The notes beneath the pieces are model-generated. The model made no database searches, was not told the DNA's origin, and saw only the letters and a list, made by a program, of their open reading frames with translations. Position numbers and translations under genes: made by a program. Positions 23,207 through 32,000 of a stretch of DNA of 32,000 nt are shown in pieces. Positions within the stretch are counted from its first letter, which is position 1. Every line of letters begins with the position of its first letter. Origin of the DNA: Wallemia ichthyophaga EXF-994 (lineage: Eukaryota; Fungi; Basidiomycota); contig NW_008806275.1 in NCBI RefSeq assembly GCF_000400465.1, positions 279,656 through 311,655 of the forward strand. The letters are read 5' to 3'.

Positions 23207-24006
23207 CTAGACAGACTGTACCGTCAACACAGCCACTCTGCCATCCTGAGGTATGTGATGGTTGATGCCGTTGCTGCCAGGCTCAATCAGTCCATCGATC
23301 CACTCGATAGAGGTCCTAAACGAATATCCATTCCCAGATCCTCCAAGCAGGGCTTTGCTGGCCAAGTCGTCGCGTCCCACTGCGAGTATGTTAGATTTAT
23401 GAGTTCAAAACACTCATTCTCATTCTCAGACGCACAATTATATCCATCTTCAAGGATCTTGTGTCTCTCCTTTATCTTCTTCTCTTTACTGACAGCAAGG
23501 AACCAGGCACCTGTGGATGATTGCCTGAATGCTCTAAAATGGTTACCGCCCTGGTACGACTCCCAACACGTACCAAAGTAAGGGAAATAACTCTGTCTCA
23601 GCTCAATGTTTTCCTTAAACCATCCGTGTCCATCCAGGTTAGCAAACTGTTTGCCGCCTATGTGCAAATTTAGGCATTCAGCCGCAAATCCGACAGACTT
23701 GGCGAAATCTAGCAGCCCCTGATTAGATAACACGTGTGGATCCGAATTTGCGGAAATAATAACATTTAGGGGCTCTCCAAAGAACGGTGTAGCTTGCTGG
23801 GCGCTTGTTGAGTCGTGTATCCCTCAAATCGAGCACAGACTCACATCGAGCATCGATCCGCCGAGTGGCCTGGGATCTAAATAACCGACACTGTCTTCGT
23901 CTGGAATTTTCGCGTAGCTGGTAAAGCTGTATAATTGCTCATAATCCAAAACAAACGACCGCGCAATTTGGCTTATCAAGGTTAGAAGCAGCACAAGTTT
24001 GATCAT
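23207..24006 (-). CDS. Conserved fungal secreted protein of unknown function
   Basis: Exons 24006-23845, 23796-23436 and 23379-23207. Signal peptide plus GGSML, GEPLNVIIS, ECLNLHIG, GTCWESYQGGNHFR, GAWFLAVSKE, GYNLGRD and GINHHIPQDGRVAVLTV, a motif set recalled from uncharacterised basidiomycete secreted proteins. Confidence 0.8.
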
Positions 24007-24128
24007 GGTAAGCCGGAAAGAGAAGCGCGGAGTATAATGGGGCTATGAGATGAATATTACTGCAGTATGTTCTATCATACACAGTCTGCGCTTGAGAATT
24101 ACGCTTGCTCCTTAAAGCCAAACCATCA

Positions 24129-24930
24129 ATGCTGAGAACTTTGGTCAGAGGCGCAGGCAGAGGCAGCACGAAGCCGTTGGTGATTGGTGACGAGACTATT
24201 GATCTGAGGGCCTTTAGAAATACGCCTGGAAAAGGATACGTGCCAGGTAAGCAGGATTTGTGAGGATGCAGCAGCGATGGCTCATACGCACGCGAATCTA
24301 GACAGAAGCAACTTGCAGGGCGAGTCTGCTCTATCAAGTAAGCTGCGCAACAGAACACAGCAGCGTCCTCAACAGAAGAAGCCAGTCCAACAGGAATCTG
24401 GTCAGTTCGACGACGCAGATCACCACGAGCTGCTTAAAACGCTTGGGGATCGCAAGCAGCGTGGTGGCTTAGACAGCAAAGACAGCAAACCACAAGGGAA
24501 GCCACAAAGGCGAGCCAACAACAAGCAAAAAGAGAGACACGAAGAAGAGGGCAAGGATGTGCAAAGGCGAGCAGCTAAGCAACACAACAAGTCTGATAGA
24601 CTGCCTGTCGATATCCCGACGAGAAAGAAGAAAGAAGAACGGAAACCAAAGCTCAAGGAGATTGAAATTGATAGAATGGACTTGTCCGCGTTGGTATTCG
24701 AAAATCACCAATCAGGTCCTCTGCCAACGATCAAGAGGGATGCTAGGCCTACAGAAGTGAGTGAGGACGAGCGTCGTAAGCTGCATATGGAGGCTGTCGG
24801 CGGTGAATACGACAGATATGCCAGATACGACACTCCAGCTCAGAGAGCAATGAGTGCACAGAAGATGATTTCGCTTGACCAAAGACAAGAGATGATGGAC
24901 AACATCAATAGAATTACAAAAGCAGCCTAA
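24129..24930 (+). CDS. Hypothetical, probably mitochondrial protein
   Basis: Exon 24129-24246 (MLRTLVRGAGRGSTK, presequence-like), intron 24247-24301, then a charged ORF ending ...GGEYDRY... Confidence 0.65.
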
Positions 24931-25343
24931 TTTCGCTGCTCTGCTACGACAAAAGCTGAAATGTAGTCACCGTCGTGGGATATCGATAAATGTAGAAAGA
25001 TAGATGGATTGATACTGTTGTGAATAATTGTTGGCTTGCTGTCCTGCTTGGAAACCTCCAACTGATGCCATGTAGAGCGATACTGAGGGTAAAGGGACTT
25101 GTACGCTGCCTCTTTTGCGGACCATCTGTGCATTGAATGAGATGTGTAAAGCTGAGTAGATCAGACGAACCGGACTCCCAAATACCGCAGCTGTGTGTCT
25201 ATACTGCTATGCGCTGGAAACGAAGACAACTCGCCTGGTGTGAGAATACGTCTGCCGAGCCTCTCGATACCCGCTTTTCTCCTTCCGAGAAGCGTCTCCA
25301 GCCTCGGAAGACACAGCAGATCGACCCCAATGCCCCTTATCAT
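24927..25343 (-). CDS. PPT2: AcpS-type 4'-phosphopantetheinyl transferase (mitochondrial PPT2-like)
   Basis: MIRGIGVDL, intron 25126-25170, then RWSAKEAAYKS and LSISHDGDY. Confidence 0.88.
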
Positions 25344-25381
25344 CGCCTGCCTTCTTGACAACGATTCGTCAACAAGACAGC

Positions 25382-26295
25382 ATGTCACGATTTGCAGCCC
25401 AAAACTTTAATGCTAAGGTATATGCAGAGGCGAGACCGAGCTATGTGCCAAAGATATACGAATTGATCCGCGATTTCCACCAAGGGGGGTATGATGCAGT
25501 TGTCGACGCCGGCTGCGGGCCAGGCATGGGGACAGAGGGATTGCTCGATATGGGCTTTAGGGATGTTTACGCTATAGATCCGAGTGAGGTAATGCTCAAT
25601 GAAGGCAAGAAAACCCGCTCTCGAGCTGATGACATCCAATGGATTGTCGGATCCAGCGAGGTTCTCTCCCAGAGGCTGCCGCAGAAGGTGGACATGGTGA
25701 CTTCTTTTGAAGCCGCTCATTGGATGGACCACGCCAAGGTGGGTGCGTACTGTTTCACTTTATTCAGCTTATGATGTCAGACTTGGGAGGAGTGCTTCAA
25801 TGTTCTCAATCCAGGTGGCACAGTTGCACACGTTGTGAGTAAAACGAAACTACGTTGATCACTCTGTGGTATGCTGACGGCGCGCAGATGTACGGTCACA
25901 TACAGCTACTCGGTAACGAAAAGGCCTCTGAACTCATCCTCGACCTAGCCTTCAACAAACTCAAAGCATACTTCAAACCACAGCACAAAGTCGCTTACGA
26001 GCTCATGGACGATATTAGTCCCCCAGCATGGGCATCGCGGGTGGAGAGACACAAGTTCTTAGTGAATCCCAAGGAAGATGAGAACGGCTGTATAATGAAA
26101 AGAGATACTACTCTCGCGGCTCTCGCTAGCCATGTGAACAGCTGGAGTCCAATGGATCAATACAAGGAAGAACACCCCGGAACAACCATCGTGTCTGACT
26201 TTATGGAGGATATGATGCGCGCTTACAACGCTAAAGACGTCGATCATCCGATCACTATGGCTTGGTCAATGGCAGTCTTGCTTGTGTCCAGATAA
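25382..26295 (+). CDS. SAM-dependent small-molecule methyltransferase (Crg1/Tmt1-like)
   Basis: YAEARPSY, VVDAGCGPG, AIDPS, FEAAHWMD and VLNPGG; two short introns near 25739-25780 and 25835-25887. Confidence 0.85.
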
Positions 26296-26391
26296 CTATG
26301 TATGCGTTTACATCAGCGATTTACCTTGTCGTGAGCGAGATGAATGTCCGCTACATCCTGCACTTCTTTTCTGTGGTGTTGAGCTTAAATT

Positions 26392-27330
26392 ATGCTACTA
26401 AAGTCTTCTATATTCCTTGTTGAACACTGCTATCAACTGATCTGCGTATCGGCTCCACATTTTTGGTGACCTTAAGACAACTTTGAGAGACATGAAAGGG
26501 GTTCAAATGCTCAGTAAGGTGTAATGTAGCACTTCAGAGCTCCGAGGATTACATGGAATTTACTATCGTCAGCCCACCCAGAAAATGGCCAATGAAGTGT
26601 CAAGATGAACACAGCCAAGTCGAATACCGGCAATATATACGAATTAAAAGCATCATTATCTTCGGTGTTTCAGGAGCATCTCAAAGCTACTTCTTTAATG
26701 TCCAATCACCCAAAATACACCGACTTGGAATTAGCACTCTGGCAGCGATCTCCAGCGACTGGCTCAATTACAACTTTGGTGATCTCCAAAACGAAAGAAT
26801 TGATAATAAGCCTTGACTTTACTCTATAAGGCTAGGCTAAAACTAATTCTTTGGGCAGCTATCCCTCCCTAATAGGCATCCGGCCGTTTTTATTCGGCAT
26901 TGCTCTGGAGCACGAAATAGAACAAATACCGAGTTTGTCACTAATTTAATCGATGAAAGTCCCTTTATTGAGCTGTTAGAGACTGTAAGAACTCAAATAC
27001 TCAAGTATTCGTTGATATGAACGCGAAATACGTTTTCCTTCGCGCGGCGTCCACAGCTCTAAATGTGGCTCCAGGGAGAGAGCAAGGTCACTTTCGTCCA
27101 TCAAGCATCTATTGAGATTGATTTTTTGCTTAGAAAAGCGGGAGTAAGCTCGACTCTGAAATCAGCTGTCTGGCTCGACCAGGTGCATTTCGAGATTTGA
27201 AATAGTGGGCGTGGAAGAATTTTCAAGGCTGCTTTGGAATCGCAGAAGTCAGGATTGTAGGAAGGCCTATCCATATATACCAAATTACTCTCCTCGCAAA
27301 ACGCCAAATCTAGCTAAACGATTACAAAGC
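26392..27330 (+). pseudogene. Decayed family X, copy 3
   Basis: Shares TGTTGAACACTGCTATCAACTGATC with copy 2 and the frame FEIVGVEEFSRLLWNRRSQDCRKAYPYIPNYSP; multiple stops. Confidence 0.7.
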
Positions 27331-27389
27331 GCTAAAAAAAGCTAGTAATCGCAATAACACCTAATTTCCTCTCTCACACCCAATTTCTA

Positions 27390-27683
27390 CAGGATGGTAT
27401 CAAGATCGCTTAACTTTGCAGTCGTCACAGGCTTATGACGTACTCGTCTTTGATATGCCGTATTCAATGAGCGATTTTGTGTGAGTTATTTAAGATTCCA
27501 GCTGGAACAGCATGTTGTAAGCATTTTTAACTCATCAATGACATGAATGTTGGAGATTGTGAGTGACTTTAAGCTGCTGCTGCTAAGATTTTCTAGCTGC
27601 TCGCCATAGTAGTTACAGCTAATTGAACAGTTGCACACATTATGAGTTTTGTCACAAACTAATACACACAGACAGACAGATTT
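27390..27683 (-). pseudogene. Possible LRR-like coding remnant
   Basis: Startless frame ...EQLENLSSSSLKSLTISNIHVIDELKMLTTCCSSWNLK*L has LxxLxI-type periodicity. Confidence 0.2.
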
Positions 27684-28084
27684 ACCTCAACAAACTCTCT
27701 TTTTTATGGTACAATCAAATCAACAGAACTCCGAGTGAAGTGTTCACATACATGCAATTGTTTTAAACATCCCAGCACAGCTTATTAACGGTGAATCAAA
27801 ACCCAATAATGGCGCTGACGTCATTGGTCTAAGACCATGTCTACGACAAATACCCTTACGAGACTTTCCGATTTTTCGTCTACAGGATGGCATATTTGTG
27901 CAGCAAGTGCTAGATTTAGCAATACTATCAGTCATTCGCCCTTTCTTACAACTCCAGGCCCGGGTTTTCTCTGTGAAACAGCCACTCCGGCTCCTCGCTT
28001 AAGTGGTTCCTGAGACTGACAGTATGACGCCAGCGTCTCGAACGAGCTGAACTGCGGTCAAATCTTTCTGTCTCATGTAGAGCA

Positions 28085-28091
28085 TATAAAA
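28085..28091 (+). promoter_or_regulatory. TATA box of the DPBB gene (mirror copy at 13231-13237, minus strand)
   Basis: TATAAAA about 100 bp upstream of ATG 28189. Confidence 0.6.
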
Positions 28092-28188
28092 GGTTTAATA
28101 TACTCTTTAGCTTCCTCAACAACTTAGTTTAGTTCAAGACAAGACATCGACCGGTTCGACACTCTTTAAAAACACAAAAAGGAACACG

Positions 28189-28598
28189 ATGCAATTCACA
28201 CTCGCTCTCGCTACAATCGTCGCAGCTGCTGCCTCAGTCACTGCTGCTCCACTCAAGAGATCCGGCACTGCCACCTTCTACTACACGTGAGTGAGGTGCA
28301 CTATGTTTGTGCTTACAACTGACAAAAATGCAGTGCAACCGGCAACCGTGGAAGCTGTGGGAGCTACCTCAACGACAGCGACTCAATTGTCGCTGTCTCC
28401 CAAGCAGACATGAACCAAGGTCTTTGTGGCCAGCAAGTCACCATCCAGAACTTGAACAATGGCCAAACTGCCACCGCAACCGTACAGGACACTTGCCCAG
28501 GCTGTGGTTCAGGCGGCTTGGACCTCTCTCCATCTGTCTTCAACCAGCTTGGTAACGCTGCTCAAGGCACCCTTCCAATCACCTACTGGTACAACTAA
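28189..28598 (+). CDS. Secreted RlpA-like double-psi beta-barrel (expansin/loosenin-like) protein, copy B, 120 aa
   Basis: Exons 28189-28286 and 28334-28598; identical to copy A. Confidence 0.9.
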
Positions 28599-28986
28599 GG
28601 TTTCCCTAGTCCAAGTAGATATCAGCTAGCCTGATATCTGCACTGCCTGGAGCACTTTCACGATTATATCACCTGGTGTGACTTGGTATTGAGTACCGCT
28701 GTAGATTTGTAGATTTATAGAACAAAACAGCAATCTGTACTATCAGACACATTCATTAGCACATTCATTGCATTATATAATATAGCATGGGGTTGCTGAG
28801 GTGCTATTAAACTCGCTGTGGCTTTGTATTTCCAATTAGCCATCGCGTTAGTGCTCGAAGCCTATATCAATGGTAATGTGGCAGCAGATCCCAAGTATAT
28901 CACCGTAACTGAAATATTTCATTCTTCCTATTTATCTCCAGCTCATCTCCAATCCTCACAGCCGCCATCAACGCAGTTCTACAACT

Positions 28987-29235
28987 ATGGACCGATTTGA
29001 GCACGTAGTATGTTTTACAATTATAGCAGTCTTTTCTTTACTTTTTAGCATGATAGTACTGATAAATTGCGCATCACATCTGGAATACTCTATTAAGCTC
29101 CTCATCGTCGGCAGTTTTATCACTTGGCCCATGTGTTTTTGGTACATTTTCATAAATCCTGAACGCGTCAAAATTCACTCGTATAGCGTAGATACGCAAC
29201 AAAGTCAGACGCCAAACAAATCCAAAGACATCTAG
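28987..29235 (+). CDS. Putative 82-aa protein with two hydrophobic segments (copy B)
   Basis: Identical to 12087-12335. Confidence 0.35.
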   Translation: MDRFEHVVCFTIIAVFSLLFSMIVLINCASHLEYSIKLLIVGSFITWPMCFWYIFINPERVKIHSYSVDTQQSQTPNKSKDI

Positions 29236-29440
29236 ACGGACATAATTTGCGCGGTAAATGCTTTAAATTTGGAATAGAAATTTCTCGCATATCTTGAAAC
29301 CATCTGATGTCATTTTACCCTATTCATACCCGTTTCTTGCGTTTCTCGGTCCTTGTCTTCTCTCCGCTCGGCCTGAAAATTACGTGCGATAGATGGATGA
29401 AGAGGACTAATGGACAGGTCTGATGCGTTTATAGATTTAT

Positions 29441-30330
29441 TATGTTTGTCTCTTAATATTTACTCCCCTGTTGAATATAGAAATCACTCAATTTGTGACT
29501 CGGCTCTACACCAATGATGACCTCAGGCGAGTGGGAGTTAGCGGATGCGTTTGAATGTTCAGATGATACGCTGGGAGGCGCTCATAAGCGACAGTAACTC
29601 CATCGAATTTATTCTGCTAAACCTATCCTGCAAATGGTCACAAGGGGCAACAACGATGATTAATAGTACACTATTGAAAGGACATTATTTTACGGTATCT
29701 TCTGCATCTCAAATCTATTTTTATATCCTCCACCAATACACTGACCACCAAATTGAACTTTCTCCCTGGCAGCTATCTCAGCGACTGGCTGATTTACGGC
29801 TTTTAATGATCTCCAAATAAAAACGATTCATGGATAGCTCGCAAATTCTCTAAGCCAAGTCGCAATATTATATCCCTGCGACTGCAATCGCGCCAAACAC
29901 GGTGCTCAGAAGGTGCAACTCGATATCGCTCAGTAGCGCGCAATAGGGTAGATACGGAAGATGTAACGCGTTATACGAACGCGTTACATGTTTTTGGTTT
30001 GATTCAGACCAAAATATTCTCTATATATCGAGTCTTCCTGCTATAAAGACGAAACACGGGTTTCGTCGCGTGGCGCCCACAGCTCTAAAATCGGCTCCCG
30101 AGAGAAAGTAAGATCATTTACATTCATCACACATCTATTGAAAACGATCAACGCAGAGAAAAAGGGGAATCAGCTCAACTCTGAAATCGGGGGTCTGGCT
30201 CGAACAGGTGCATTTCAGTATTTGAAATAATGGGCATGGAAGGGTGAACAGGACTGCTTTGAATCGTTGAAATCAGGATAATAGGAATGTGTCCATATAT
30301 ACCAAATACTTACCTGGACACATGTCACAA
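29441..30330 (+). pseudogene. Decayed family X, copy 4
   Basis: Closest to copy 2 (VSSASQIYFYILHQYTDHQIELSPWQLSQRLADLRLLMISK*). Its first about 215 bp lie inside the recent duplication. Confidence 0.7.
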
Positions 30331-30427
30331 CTGTATGGATGAGCACACATCGCTACGAAATTCTAGGTACGGCAAAATAACTACCGAACTCTCCAAAACC
30401 GCATTCAGTTAATATTCATACTAAAAT

Positions 30428-30521
30428 CGCTCTTGTTTGCAGTACTTAATAAACAAGTAAACGAGAAAGCTCAAGTTCTACGCGAGAAAAGTTTAAAGTC
30501 TCCTTCAAATGAGCCCTTCTC
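30428..30521 (-). ncRNA. Candidate structured RNA (omega-RNA-like scaffold) downstream of the Fanzor-like gene
   Basis: Outer stem GAGAAG(G)GCTCA/TGAGCTTTCTC encloses hairpin TTTGAAG-GAGA-CTTTAAA and hairpin TTCT-CGCGT-AGAA; hairpin CTTGTTT/AAACAAG follows. Folded by hand. Confidence 0.45.
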
Positions 30522-30663
30522 ACACTCTGGACACCGGCTAGAGTTGGCAGTATTTGTAGGTCTGCTGGGGCTATTGCGGCTACCTGTCGTGACAGCGGTA
30601 CACTCAAATTGATAGTGTTTTAATAATTATACATGTCATCGGTTTGGAATCGTTAGGCATCGC

Positions 30664-31595
30664 TCAAGCATCCTTTGTGCTGTATTTGAGGAATTGTGGC
30701 CTTTTGAGGGAGTTTAAAATGGAAATGGCGTTACAGAGGATGATTTTGTCTAGGTTCATGATGCGGTATGGGTGCTCGTCGGGTATCGCTTGTCTGCATT
30801 CGGGACTGTCGCACAACCTGAGCCCGTCAATTATTCCATACGCATCAGGGTCATTGCAGTCAACCTTAAAAGTGCTTCGGTCTTGTCGTGTTGCCCAGCA
30901 AGTTTTAAAAACGCTATGGCAGATGTTGCACCTCGTCGCGGTCTTGTAGCCGTTTATTTCGACGAGTTCGTAGCCAATTTTGCTAATTGCGCGCGGTACG
31001 TTTACGTCCTGAGTAGCGTGATTAATTTGGTTTTGATGTGACGATAAAAGAAAAACACCCACCTTGGCCCACGGAGGTTTGGTCTGGGGGGCAGAAGCGC
31101 TGTCATCATCCCCCACCCAAGCGAACACGAGTCGCTTGCCCTGCATCTTTGCCCTAGGGAGGTACTTGTTATAGCAGAGCCTGAGGGCATCAGCGAGCGC
31201 TTGGCGGGATATGTAGAGATACTTTTTGTCCATCCTTTTACAATCCCTGTTGTAGGCTTGTAGCGTGTAGTCACTGTCGTACGGACGTTTGGACAGGGCA
31301 TAGCTGACGTCCTCGCGCAACTGCTGCTGCTCATCTGCATACCTCTTATCGCCCGACCTGTGGGCATACTCTTTGTAAGTGTAGTGGAAGTAGTCGTAGC
31401 TTGCACGTGGATCGCCGTCTTGAGGGAGCGCATAAAGCAGATCGGCAATACCGCTTTTGAGGGCCACGAAATACCTTTTGCTGCGTTGGTATGGAGTGAG
31501 ATCGTAGAATTGGGTGATAGGGGTCATAAGAGTGCATTTCTAACGATATTAGGCCTTTTTATGCTATTTTCATTACAATGCACCCGGGCAAGCAT
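30664..31595 (-). CDS. Fanzor/TnpB-derived RuvC plus zinc-finger protein, predicted nuclease-inactive
   Basis: Proposed exons 31595-31584, 31539-31063 and 31008-30664 (277 aa); the unspliced ORF 31527-30664 is 287 aa. Ordered motifs: VALKSGIADLLYA (RuvC-I-like), VFAWVGD, ELVEINGYKTATRCNIC (RuvC-II-like plus CxxC), LRLCDSPEC, MNLDKIILCNA (D-x5-N, RuvC-III-like) and RPQFL. Confidence 0.75.
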
Positions 31596-32000
31596 TGAGC
31601 GTTCGCCGACCGACCAATGAGATTCGAGGAGGGGCTGGATAGGGGCGGTTGGAGTGGGGCAGGTGTGATAGTTGTGCAGTGTGTTGCGCTGATGCTAAGT
31701 TTATTTCCCGCTGTGTTTGCTTCAAACTGCTTTTCTTCGGCGCCCCGAGTGATTCACCCATCGGATACGATAGCGCATCGCACAAAGACAAACAAGGTCA
31801 CACAAAATGACAAGCATTGTGGAATTGTATAACCGCACAATAAGAAATATCGTATCGATTACGTACAGCGCTTACGAAGTTTAGATTCCGCAAACGATCT
31901 TGGCCTTTTTCGGACGAGACGCAGCAGCGAGCCAAGTAGCCAGGGGAGCAAGCCAGCAATGGTCAGCTCAGCAGCAGCATCTCAGCGCTGCGTGCCAAAT

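Larger units (their letters stand above)
27771..29657 (+). repeat. Inverted segmental duplication, copy B (1887 bp), partner 11665-13551
   Basis: Reverse complement of copy A with six visible substitutions (27875, 27932, 27935, 28020, 29614, 29625). Confidence 0.97.

Noticed and set aside
11410-29960. Shared TAG stops in family X as stop-codon editing or readthrough targets
   Set aside because: The copies also carry frameshifts and private stops, so inheritance from an already dead ancestor is simpler.
10930-30330. Family X as an LTR, MITE or other transposon
   Set aside because: No TG..CA termini, terminal inverted repeats, target-site duplications or RT/integrase/transposase motifs seen; synonymous bias points to an ordinary coding ancestor.
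31573-32000. Upstream ORFs as the missing Fanzor N-terminus or another gene
   Set aside because: No recognisable motifs, all three minus frames contain stops, and joining them needs atypically long introns. This cannot be resolved without flanking sequence or cDNA.
1-32000. CRISPR array or rRNA
   Set aside because: No regularly spaced repeats and no rRNA signatures seen.

Overview
This window comes from a very compact, intron-containing fungal genome (introns about 43-60 nt, several divergent start codons under 60 bp apart). It is a basidiomycete and looks Wallemia-like; that assignment is inference only. Core genes: HMG-box TF (partial), SAM methyltransferase, DBP9, CON7-like C2H2 TF, NDK, YTH protein, CDC50/LEM3, intron-containing tRNA-Gly(TCC), PEX10, glutamine synthetase, KRE6/SKN1, FIST-like protein, a conserved secreted protein, PPT2-type PPTase and a second methyltransferase. 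Three accessory islands (about 9.8-13.55, 18.0-19.1 and 26.4-30.35 kb) interrupt them. The islands hold four decayed copies of one gene family and a near-identical 1887-bp inverted duplication (11665-13551 / 27771-29657) carrying a secreted DPBB (expansin/loosenin-like) gene. The most notable item is 30664-31595 (minus strand): an intact, spliced gene with the RuvC and zinc-finger layout of Fanzor/TnpB. Two of its three catalytic residues appear replaced and no REC/WED lobe is visible. Directly downstream is a strand-specific three-way-junction structure with a GNRA tetraloop, a candidate omega-RNA scaffold. All identifications are by-eye motif recognition; no database searches were run.
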